Part shown: piece by piece, positions 37,730 to 49,228 of the stretch | Position numbering within the stretch: the first letter of the stretch is position 1 | Layout of the letters: every line of letters starts with the position of its first letter | From: Macrostomum lignano | Lineage: Eukaryota | Assembly: GCA_002269645.1 (NCBI GenBank) | Contig: NIVC01001770.1 | Location: 158,777 to 222,776, forward strand | Reading direction: 5' to 3' | DNA: 64,000 nt | Notes under the pieces: generated by a model | What the model was told of the DNA's origin: nothing | The model's input: the letters and a program-made list of their open reading frames with translations, nothing else | The model's database searches: none | Position numbers and translations under genes: made by a program

Positions 37730-39250
37730 TCCAGGATTTCCTATCTGTTTCTCAGTCCACACTTCCTGGATGTCCGATCTGTCTCTCACCCCAAAGTTCC
37801 AGGATGTCCGATCTGTCTCTCACCCCACAGTTCCAGGATGTCAGATCTGTCTCACACCATAGTTCCAGGATGTCCGATCTGTCTCACACCATAGTTCCAG
37901 GATGTCCGATCTGTCTCTCACCCCACAGTTCCAGGATGTCCGATCTGTCTTTCACCCCACAGTTCCAGGATGTCAGATCTGTCTCTCACCCCACAGTTCC
38001 AGGATTTCCGATCTGTCTCTCACCCCACAGTTCCAGGATGTCAGATCTGTCTCACACCATAGTTCCAGGATGTCCGATCTGTCTCACACCATAGTTCCAG
38101 GATGTCCGATCTGTCTCTCACCCCACAGTTCCAGGATGTCCGATCTGTCTTTCACCCCACAGTTCCAGGATGTCAGATCTGTCTCTCACCCACAGTTCCA
38201 GGATGTCCGATCTGTCTCTCACCCCACAGTTCCAGGATGTCAGATCTGTCTCACACCATAGTTCCAGGATGTCCGATCTGTCTCTCACCCCACAGTTCCA
38301 GGATGTCCGATCTGTCTTTCACCCCACAGTTCCAGGATGTCAGATCTGTCTCTCACCCACAGTTCCAGGATGTCCGATCTGTCTCTCACCCCACAGTTCC
38401 AGGATGTCAGATCTGTCTCACACCATAGTTCCAGGATGTCCGATCTGTCTCTCACCCCACAGTTCCAGGATGTCAGATCTGTCTCTCACCCCACAGTTCC
38501 AGGATGTCCGATCTGTCTCACACCATAGTTCCAGGATGTCCGATCTGTCTCTCACCCCACAGTTCCAGGATGTCCGATCTGTCTTTCACCCCACAGTTCC
38601 AGGATGTCAGATCTGTCTCTCACCCACAGTTCCAGGATGTCCGATCTGTCTCTCACCCCACAGTTCCAGGATGTCAGATCTGTCTCACACCATAGTTCCA
38701 GGATGTCCGATCTGTCTCTCACCCCACAGTTCCAGGATGTCAGATCTGTCTCTCACCCCACAGTTCCAGGATGTCAGATCTGTCTCACACCATAGTTCCA
38801 CGATGTCAGATTTGTCTCACACCACAGTTTCAGGATGTCAGATCTGTCTCACACCATAGTTCCAGGATGTCCGATCTGTCTCTCACCCCACAGTTCCAGG
38901 ATGTCAGATCTGTCTCTCACCCCACAGTTCCAGGATGTCAGATCTGTCTCTCACCCACAGTTCCAGGATGTCCGATCTGTCTCTCACCCCACAGTTCCAG
39001 GATGTCAGATCTGTCTCACACCATAGTTCCAGGATGTCCGATCTGTCTCTCACCCCACAGTTCCAGGATGTCAGATCTGTCTCTCACCCCAAAGTTCCAG
39101 GATGTCAGATCTGTCTCTCACCCCACAGTTCCAGGATGTCAGATCTGTCTCACACCATAGTTCCACGATGTCAGATTTGTCTCACACCATAGTTCCAGGA
39201 TGTCCGATCTGTCTCTCACCACAGTTCCAGGATGTCCGATCTGTCTCACC
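37730..39250. repeat. 32-34-bp minisatellite (agttccaggatgtccgatctgtctctcaccccac)n with 167/267-bp cassettes
   Basis: Read directly. Confidence 0.93.
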
Positions 39251-39574
39251 CTTCAGGTCTAAAGTACATGTGAGTGAATCACTTATTCATCCTGTAATTT
39301 TAAGTGCATTTCATGAGTTCACTTCAGTTTCCGCAGTATAATTTGATAAAATATTGGCAACACAAACAAAGTTTTGTCTATGCAGACTCGATGAATAGAT
39401 ACGATTCTCTCAGGTGACATTATAGCAGGCCTTTTATTAATCGCATCTTGTATTTATTGTTCCAATCTCGAACAGACTCACAGCGGACCCCTAACAACTG
39501 TATTAGTGAAAATGTATCTCTCTCGTGTTAGGGAAAAACGCTCTATGATTTGTTGCCATTTCCTGCTATCTTCC

Positions 39575-42500
39575 TTAGTTGGCGGTCTCGCTGCCCAGGA
39601 AGCCGCTCTCAACGATTCGGCCGAACAGGGCGTAGGCCTCGCGGTAGGCCTCCTCGGGCATGCCATCCAGGATCAGGTCAAGGATGCGGCCGTCTCGGGC
39701 GTATTCCATCACGAGAACCAGCTTGCGCAACTGCTGCTTGTTGAGGCCGACAGCGCTGGCGTACTCGCGGACGTTGAGTTGCTCTGCGGACGGGAACATG
39801 GTACTCGTAGAAGAGGTTTCTTGCACTGGCCACAAAAAAGGGACGGCTAGAAGGCTACTTAGCTGCTAAAGAGGTTTCTACCGTTTATTGTATTGCATTT
39901 TACTGGTAGAGACTTCGCTGTAATAGCGCATTCGACGGAGAGTTTCACAAGCTCGCAACTTCTCATCTCAAACTCAAACTTTCTCTAGCTTCAACTTCTC
40001 AAGCCCACAACTTCTCATCTCAAACTCAAACTTTCTCTAGCTTCCAACTTCTCAAGCTCGTAGCTTCACAAGCTTGCAACTTCACAAGCTTGCAACTTCA
40101 CAAGTTTACAACTTCACAAGCTTGCAACTTCACAAGATTCGCAATTCACAAGATTGCAACTTCACAAAATTGCAGCTTTGCAAGCTCGCAAAGTCACAAG
40201 CTCGAAATCGCGCATTAGTAAATACGAAAGGATTGATCACTTTCATAAGCTCAAGAATTTAAACATACATTTTCGAAAAAAGTATGGCTGATTACTTTCG
40301 AAATCTCGAATATTCCACATCATCGGAAAGTCTTCGAAAAGTTCACAATTTAAAAAGAATTTCGAGCTTTTGAAAGAGTCCCATCTGGCGAACTTCTCAA
40401 AAAACAGCTCAGCTAAGGTTCATTTGAGCTGTTTGGCTTCTCTAAAGTGTCTCTCTCGTTAGTTCAGGATCTTTGACTGCTCAATTGTGTCCGCTTTTGA
40501 GCAGATTCGGTATCTCAAATGAGTCTCAAAAAAATTTTAGTGCATCCTTTTGAGTCTTAATTTCTCAACAGTTTTACTCAAAATTTGACAACAGACTCCA
40601 ACTCCTGTTCAACTCCTGCTATATAACAGAGCTACAATTCAGTGTGACTCATCCAAGATATTTATAATTGAAAGCGCAGAAGTCAACTAAAAGGTCACTT
40701 CGAGAATGATAAGGATCAAATTTCAGCTACAATGGCAATACTGTTGTACACAGTAAAGTTCTGCATATGGGTTGGACACTCCAGCGTCAATGGTCGGGCA
40801 CTTAAAACTCAGATAGATCAATACAACCTGTTTATGCAACATTGTGTTGTCTATGGCTGATCCATTACCAGCTGCTCTAAGTAGCTAATGAAGTTGCGGC
40901 AATTGCTACTATAAATGTACCCATCAATCTCCGAGGCTAAAATGAGCTCATATTGTAGTCGGGAGCACTCTGAATCCACTCACTCACTCCCCACCGTCAG
41001 TCTCCTCCCTAGTTGAGATCAAATCCTCTCTAGGCGGCTTTGAGCAAGACTTAAATATTCAAAACTGCAGCGCCAGAAACTCCATTAGCGAAATTGTGAG
41101 TGTTTTTTAGGAAACCACGAGGATAATTAAGTTCCTCTGCCTGGCCCAAGAGTGCCTGCCGCGCGAAATGATGTTTGTCTCAACCTTCAGCTTTTCCCAC
41201 GTGGATTTGGCCATCTGGCTTGCTAGCATCGACTGCTTAGCTGGGAAATATTGTACAAGAACTTTTTGCCTCAGGGATTTGCCTGGGATGCAAGTCAGAG
41301 TGCAAAGCTGGGATCTAGCATGCTCTGAATTCCGAAGATTCCAAAGTTGCAAGTTGCAAGGATAGAAATCTTTCTTTGAGCTCCGGAAATTTAGTCTGGA
41401 CAAAAACTGTCCTGCAAGTTGCAAAATAATATTCCAAGCCTTGAAGGGCAGGCGCCTGAAGCTGTGAGCTTCGTTACGATCGAAAATTTAATTTGTCACG
41501 GGATTCTGCAGATTTGGCTGGAAGTGGAACTACAAGCGCCACAGGCACAGCTGTGATATCCCTTATTAATTTGTGAGTCTCTGTGTGTACAGCCATCAGA
41601 AAGAGGCTACAGGAATCGAATCCCCGCTAATTGAGATGGGATGCAGATAAAAAAATACAAACATACTCACCCTCAAAGAGTACTGAGATTTTCTAGTATA
41701 CAAAACAATATAAACATGAAGATGACCAATTCTAAGGTAAACATGTTGGTGTAGGTTCTTACTCCGTAAATTTTGTTCTGACAAACTATTCAGAAGTCGA
41801 GTTATTGAGCATTAAAGTTTACGCTGGCTGTGCTGCCTATGGCTGCTATCTAGGCCAGGGTTCGGCAAACCCTTTTGCCTCAAGGGCCAAATAGAGAACC
41901 TAGAGAATGACTGCGGGCCGGAGGAGGGGAGAGAGGAGAGGGAATAGCGAAGAGAGAAGGGAGATAAGAAAAAGTAGTGGCGAGAGAATGAAGGAGAAGA
42001 AAGGAGTGGAGAGAGGAGAAGAGAGGAGAGAGGAGATAATAGAGAAGAGAAGAGAGGAGAGGAGAGAGGAGAGGAGATGAGGAGAGAGAAGAGAGAAGAG
42101 GAGACGACAGACGAGAGAAGAGGAAAGAGGAAAGAGGAGATGGTAGAGAAGAGAAGAGAGAAGAGAAAAGAGGAGAGAAGAGAGGAGAGGAGAGAGGAGA
42201 GGAGAGAGGAGAGGAGAGAGGAGAGGAGAGAGGAGAGGAGAGAGGAGAGGAGAGTGAAGAGAAGAGAAGAGAGAAAAGAATATAAGAGAGTAGAGAGGAG
42301 AGGAAAGAGAAGAGAGGAAAGAGAAGAGAGGAAGAGAGAAGAGAGGAGATTAGAGAGAAGAGCGCTGAGAAGAGATATAAACATTGAGCGGGCCGGATTG
42401 CTATTGTGAAGTTTCAAAGGACCTGACGGCCGGAAGGAGATGCTCTGCGGGCCGTAGTTTGCAGACCCATTATCTAGGCCAGCTCTCGGGCCTTAAAATA

Positions 42501-44095
42501 GGCCTGTAGACCTGTAGAGCACCGGCAAAGTGCCAATAAGGCCGAAAAGTTGATGCCAAGTTTTGAGCTACAAGTGGCACAAGCCAAAACTAAGTGTTCG
42601 GTTTAATGAGATTTGTAACTAAGAGTACTTTGTCGATTTTCTGCATCAACTAGGGTTCTGCTGAAGCAACCCTGGAGATCGTTTGAGCAGCCCGTCAGTC
42701 TCACCGGTGAGCTGCTTGGCCAGCTCCTCCGGGGTGCCCTCGCCGAGAATATTCGGGATCAGCCAGTTGTGGAAACGGGCGATGAAGCTCTTCAGGATGA
42801 TGCTGGCCGGGCGGTCTTCTGCAACGGGTTGGGTGGTTTGATAGACTGTGTGCTCAGAATTATTTAGCTTGCAGACTTCTTAACCACGGAAGTTCAAGGA
42901 CATCATCCAGAGCCAGAAAACAGACGCCTTCATTTTATGCAGCTCATTTAGGTCTGGGCCGGAGTCCGAGTTCTGAATTCGGTCTTAATGGCTACATTAT
43001 TCTGAGTCTTACCGCGTTTATCTGCGTCTTAATGTGTCCTTCTGAGTCTTCATAGCTACATCATTTCTGAGACTTAATGTATCTTTCTGAGTCTTCATAG
43101 CTACATCATTTCTATGTTTTAATGTGTCCTTCTGAGTCTTCATAGCTACACCATTTCTGAGACTTAATGTATCTTTCTGAGTCTTCATAGCTACATCATT
43201 TCTATGTTTTAATGTGTCCTTCTGAGTCTTCATAGCTACACCATTTCTGACACTTAATGTATCTTTCTGAGTCTTCATAGCTACACCATTTCTGAGACTT
43301 AATGTATCTTTCTGAGTCTTCATAGCTACATCATTTCTGAGACTTAATGTATCTTTCTGAGTCTTCATAGCTACATCATTTCTGCGTCTTAATGTGTCTT
43401 TCTGAGTCTTCATAGCTACATCATTTCTATGTTTTAATGTGTCCTTTTGAGTCTTCATAGCTACACCATTTCTGAGACTTAATACCCTATTAAGTCGGGA
43501 GAAGGTTTCGTAATATTTAATCAGTGAGAAGTGGAATAAACTGTCAGTTCTAGAATGCAATATCCACATTCCAGCTTCCAAAGTGCAGCAGCTAGGAGGA
43601 AGTGGCGGCCAGGTGAGGCTTGGGCTGATGAGGCGTCTCCAAGCGCCCAGGTGAAGGAGTCTGTTCGAAGCTTCTTCCACTCTTCCCCGGCTCAGCCACG
43701 GCTCCTGTTTCAATTCAAGCCCTGTCAATAATGTTTCTGAGGAAACCACAGCTGAGGCCAGAGAAGAAGCATAAGCAAGGAGTCAGGCCCTCTGAGAGGG
43801 CAAAATGCTAGAATTGACAAATGCCTGTTTTTGCTCCAAATCTAGGGTTCACCATGAATCAGCTCCTCTCTCCGCAAGTGCGCTGTCGGGCGTGTAATTG
43901 TTGCTGCGGGAAAGTCTAAACGCCTCGCTTGCTGGCCAGGCATCGAAGCAAAAAAATCGGGCATTTGTAGAAAAGGGTGATCGAACAAATCAATTGAGCT
44001 GGTCGCTTAAAATTTGACCGCGTGAAATGATGAAAGTGGGTAGATAGAGAGACGGAAAGCATTGATGAAATAGACAGACAGACAGACAGACTGGC

Positions 44096-44170
<75 letters not shown>

Positions 44171-44183
44171 GAGACAGACAGAC

Positions 44184-44226
<43 letters not shown>

Positions 44227-44354
44227 CAGACAGACACAGACAGACACTAAGACAGACAGACACACAGAAAGAGAGACACAGACAGACACTAAGACAGACA
44301 GACACACAGACAGATAGACACAGACAGACACTAAGACAGACAGACAGACAGACA

Positions 44355-44391
<37 letters not shown>

Positions 44392-46733
44392 GGACACAGA
44401 AACAGGCACAGACACAGGCAGATGACTCACTGGCAGTGCACAGGGCCGTGTCCTCATCGTAGCCGTCCTCGCAGTCCTGCCGACCGTCGCAGATGAAGGA
44501 GAAGGAGAGGCACTGGCCGCTCTTGCAGGGCCAGGGCGCTGTCTTAGGACAATCGTTGCCGAGAGCGCTGCCTGCGGCATGGGTATTTGTTTGCCAGTTG
44601 AAAATCAGCAGAAATTCAAATAAAATTAAGGATATCAGAAGATAGTAAGCAAAACACAATAGCTGTAGGTAACTCTTGCATTGCACGCTCTTTAAGAATT
44701 GTACCCTAACTTTCCAGCAGCTTGCTGAAGGAACCTAGGGGAGGGCAGCAAATTTTCACTGAAGGACCATGGAGGGCAGCTATGGTTCACTGAAGGACCA
44801 TAGGGGAGGGCAGTTATGGTTTACTGAAGGACCCTACGGGAGGGCAGCTATGGTTCACTGAAGGACCATGGAGGGCAGCTATGGTTCACTGAAGGACCAT
44901 GGAGGGCAGCTATGGTTCACTGAAGGACCATGGAGGGCAGCTAAGGTTCACTGAAGGACCATAGGGGAGGGCAGCTATGGTTCACTGAAGGACCATAGGG
45001 GAGGACAGCTATGGTTCACTGAAGGACCATAGGGGAGGACAGCAAAGGTTCATTGAAGGACCATATGGGAGGGCAGCTAAGGTTCACTGAAGGACCATAT
45101 GGGAGGGCAGCTAAGGTTCACTGAAGGACCATAGGGGAGGGCAGCAAAGGTTCACTGAAGGACCATAGGGGAGGGAAGCAAAGGTTCACTGAAGGACCAT
45201 AGGGGAGGGAAGCAAAGGTTCACTGAAGGACCATAGGGGAGGGCAGCAAAGGTTCACTGAAGGACCATAGGGGAGGGAAGCAAAGGTTCACTGAAGGACC
45301 ATGGAGGGCAGCTAAGGTTCACTGAAGGACCATAGGGGAGGGCAGCTAAGGTTCACTGAAGGACCATAGGGGAGGGCAGCAAAGGTTCACTGAAGGACCA
45401 TAGGGGAGGGCAGCTAAGGTTCACTGAAGGACCATATGGGAGGGCAGTTAAGGTTCACTGAAGGACCATGGAGGGCAGCAAAGATTCACTGAAGGACCAT
45501 GGAGGGCAGCAAAGATTCACTGAAGGACCATGGAGGGCAGCAAAGATTCACTGAAGGACCATAGGGGAGGGCAGCAAAGATTCACTGAAGGACCATGGAG
45601 GGCAGCTATGGTTCACTGAAGGACCAAATTAAACAGTAGTTATGAATTATAAAGAGTGAGAAATCACATGAGTTTTACTATACCAAATGAATCAAAGTTT
45701 TCGATCACACACTTGCGCAAGAGTAAATAAAAAAATAAAAAATTCTGTGCCCAGGTGCGAATAAACAAGATCTTAGGTAAGAGAGTTTTTAAAAAGTCAC
45801 CTCCAGGTTTAGCGGCTTCAGCGGGCTCAGAGGCTGGAACAGGGTCAAGAATGCGATATGAACTAGATTGCTGAGTACTGAGATTGCCTTACATTGAATG
45901 CCAATAGGAAAGTCTACATTAACTGCTCATAAATCTGAGAATGTCAGTCCGTAAGATCATCTTCTCCGGTAGTATATGGTAATACTGTAATACCAATGGC
46001 CATACTGTATGCTCGTAGGTATCTCTCGGATTGAAAGTGTCTGTCTTTTTGGGACAAATTTATTGCCTTAGCACTGGTATAAATGGGGAATATATACCAT
46101 TGATAAACTTCTGATTGCACCTCGGACAAAGCTTGCTTCATTTGCTAAAAAAACTAAATTTTCCTATCTCGCTAACTTCGTGTGCTCTTCAAAAGTTCAG
46201 AAGGTGAGACAAAATGTCAGTTAAGTGGCTGTTGGAAACAAAAGCAGAAAAAGTTCCCATCTCGCTAATGCGTATTGATTCGCTGATCGGCTAGCTGAAG
46301 AGCAATCTAATGACTCCCATAGTATAATTTTATTAGTAATAATTGAATCAGAAATGCACAGCAGAGAGGCTGGGCTGGGACTATAGAAAACTATTCAGCT
46401 ATAGATAGTACAACTTGACCGTGAACCCTAGATGGAAGAACTGCATATAGATGCTCCCGCCAGTTTCATCACAAAGCTATATAACAGTTAGCAGCCACTA
46501 TCAGCCTCCCTCATGCCACACCATCAAGTGCTAATCGGTTTCTCACCCTTCCTGACGAGCTGGCGGTAGCACGTAGCGCTGCCAGCTAGCAGGGCGAACA
46601 GCAGGGCCAAGCCGGAGATGAGATTCCTCACTGAAATATATTGCACACGGGACAGCGGCTCAGATAGATCTCATTGATGCTGGATTGTCAGCTATATACG
46701 AATAAAGAAGCTTCCCTCCAGCTCACCATTCAT
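39575..46733 (-). CDS. Prohormone-4-like secreted protein with LDL-receptor class A domain, 184 aa. Exons: 46733-46727, 46630-46547, 44571-44431, 42818-42705, 39783-39575
   Basis: All introns are phase-1 GT-AG and the total is 555 nt. Signal peptide [25 protein letters not shown] site, LDLa [40 protein letters not shown], and C-terminal [11 protein letters not shown], which resembles insect prohormone-4 LEKLVKTGFLD (recalled). Confidence 0.85.
39950..40200. repeat. Short 10-16-bp degenerate repeats (cttcacaagcttgcaa)
   Basis: Read directly. Confidence 0.7.
41856..42471 (+). mobile_element. hAT-type MITE with polypurine core, in prohormone-4 intron 4
   Basis: CAGGGTTCGGCAAAC...GTTTGCAGACCCATT; perfect 8-bp TSD ATCTAGGC at 41848-41855 and 42472-42479; subterminal sequences shared with the 21563 copy. 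Confidence 0.85.
43020..43480. repeat. 45-bp tandem repeat, about 10 copies, prohormone-4 intron 3
   Basis: aatgtgtccttctgagtcttcatagctacatcatttctgagactt unit. Confidence 0.92.
44070..44420. repeat. (GACA)n/(CA)n microsatellite immediately 3' of the prohormone-4 LDLa exon donor
   Basis: Read directly. Confidence 0.95.
44735..45626. repeat. 31-35-bp repeat (ttcactgaaggaccat[agg]ggagggcagctatgg)n, prohormone-4 intron 2
   Basis: Read directly. Confidence 0.93.
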
Positions 46734-46992
46734 TCTCGGGCCAAGTATTAGAGACTTTGGGAGAGTTCACGATCAGCTGCCAGAGGGAGGATATTGAAAT
46801 AGGGCTTTATCCGCTGCTAGCTCAACAAAACCGATGGGAAAACTGACGCAGGCTGGAGAGTGGGGCCCGTTTTTATCCTGCATCTTCCCCTACCAAATAG
46901 GGATAGGGCAAGGACTCTGGGTCCGGGGGGAGACCTGGACTAGAAGGCAACACGCACACCCGGCGACTAAAAATCTCATTAACAAAGGCTAC

Positions 46993-47296
46993 CAGGGGTC
47001 GAAAAACCCTCGGGTCCTGTAAAACCGCTCGCTCATGGTTTGTCTCTTCTCTCCACTCCTCTCTCTCCTCTCCCCTCTCCTCTCAACTCCTCTCCTCTTG
47101 TTCTCTCCTCTCTTCTCATCTCACCTCACCTCTCATCGCATCTCTTATCTCTTATCTCACCTCTTACCTCTTCTCTCATCTCTCATCTACCGTTTCCTCT
47201 TCTTTCTGATCTATTCCCCATTTCTTTCTCACCTGGCCCCGCAGAAATGATCTAGACTCTATCTGGCCCTCGATGTAAAAAGTTTGCCGACCCGTG
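46993..47296 (-). mobile_element. hAT-type MITE, third copy in inverted orientation, ~260 bp upstream of the prohormone-4 ATG
   Basis: CAGGGGTCGAAAAAC...GTTTGCCGACCCGTG; CT-rich core; ctggccctcgatgtaaaaagtttgcc is the reverse complement of the left end of the 21563 copy. Confidence 0.75.
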
Positions 47297-49107
47297 CGGC
47301 TAGACTAAGCTCAAATTTATAGACAAAAGATTGGACAAAATCTCTGCCGGTACAGGAAATTTTCCTTTTTACTTGTCCTGTGAATTACAATACTACAGTA
47401 CCAATTTTAATTCATAAAATTCTAGGAATAGGCTTATAAGTGTGAATTTAAATGCCCGTAAGATTATCGTTTGTTATAAATATACTCGCGAGTTCATACA
47501 AGCGTTCAAATCCATTCGATACTTATTACCGAGTCAAAGCCAGCTTTTTTATTACCCCGTATCGTTTTAATGATCACTAAACCGTAACACTATTTCAGTG
47601 CATACATGCAGAAGACACAACAAAGTTATAGACATGAAATTAGTTAATTAATAATTAACAAACTCCAAGCTTGGTGGACGCTTCGCTCAAGACAAATGAA
47701 AAGCAGTAGGGATTCGGACGAGCTGTCCCAATTTTCGGACAAAGTGGGGCAGCTTTTGGAAGAATTGTCTTCCAAAGAACCCATAAATGTCAGTGGCGAT
47801 CTGATTTGTAAAGTTAATAACAGCAAAACTGCCTTTCATGTAATTATAGAAATGCAGGTAAAAAAATAATGAAAGCGCTGGCTCCTTCTTGTCTCGTATG
47901 TAATTTGGACAATTTCCGCTGGCAAATGCATACATTGGTAAGATTTGCGATTGGGCCACAGTCCAAGTCGTATGCAAAAGTCTATGGACCGCGAGAGGGC
48001 TCGCCATTGGACGGGGAACATGCTAATTCCCACTCACCCAATGCCGCCCAGCTGCCGAGTAAAAAGGTGATGAAGAAAGTGGCAAAAACTGCACGCGCGA
48101 CCAGCCGCGCAGCTCAAGAGGGATCTAGATAAAAAATGCTCAAAATGTATTCCCAATATATAGCTTTTGCCGACTGAGCGAACGCTTAGCCTGTTTACCC
48201 AGAGCAAGTGAATGTCTGCGGCTTTAGAATTAAACTGCATCCCATGCGGCAGCTGTGAACTGTGCCAGAGAAGAGAATTATATAATCCTCTGCGAGATAA
48301 TTCCTCGCAGAGGATTAATAACTTCCCGGCACCTACCGGTATATTCCATCAATAAAATGAATGCAAAAAGTGAGTGAGCGAGAGCAGAGTGAGTTGCTGG
48401 CGCGGCAGTCATCAACTATAAGCTATTTAAGGGGAAAGCTTCAAAGAGGAAGGAACGCGTTATCTGAGCTTAGACTCATTAAATAATCCATAATCATCAT
48501 AGATATAGACTATATAGAGCCATCGGTGGCCACTGTGTGTATACCTCTTTACCTAATATGGACCTAACCTCGTCTCTCTGCATGCAACTTGTTCAGTACA
48601 TACAGCTAGTGCAGAGACTCAATCTGCGAAATGGATATGGTGAGCGCCGCTGCGATGACAAGCAGACCGAGTGTGTGCACTTATACAGATTACACTAAAG
48701 TATCAGGTCAGGTAAGTTGATTCCAGTGATAAATTAATGAAAATGAATTGTGGTTAACTTATAAGAAGCTGAAGTGCCTATAAGTATTTGTTGGGGCCAA
48801 GCGAGCGAGCGTAATTGTTTCTTGGAAAATAAAAATGGAAAAACATAATGCTATAGTTTCGGAGAGCGACAACGTTCAAATGCCGTAATATATATATATA
48901 TTCTAAACGTATTTTGCCTGACAATTGCTGCCATTCATAGCAGCGCGCTATTAGGGGTTTTGCCCACAGATCCACAGGCTCTGTGGTTTGGCCATAGATA
49001 ACTTCGATCGAGAACGATCGAGAACGAATTTATTTTAGTATTGCTTTTGACAGCCTAACTGAGAATCCTGCATACACTGTCTGCGAGGGGCCTTCGCCGC
49101 GCCTTGC

Positions 49108-49228
49108 CTTAGTCTATGGGCCATAGACTGAAAAAAAATGCAACACGCGTAAACCGATCAATTCTCAGTGTGGGTGCATGGCTTTTTATCACTGCTTAGC
49201 TTTTGCAGCCTATGGCCCATAGACTAAG
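49108..49228. mobile_element. ~120-bp MITE-like element with self-palindromic 19-20-bp TIRs
   Basis: CTTAGTCTATGGGCCATAG at 49108 and CTATGGCCCATAGACTAAG ending at 49228. Confidence 0.55.

Noticed and set aside
43916-44686. LDLa protein with a long VCLS tail
   Set aside because: The donor at 44430 ends the exon; the tail is a (GACA)n microsatellite.
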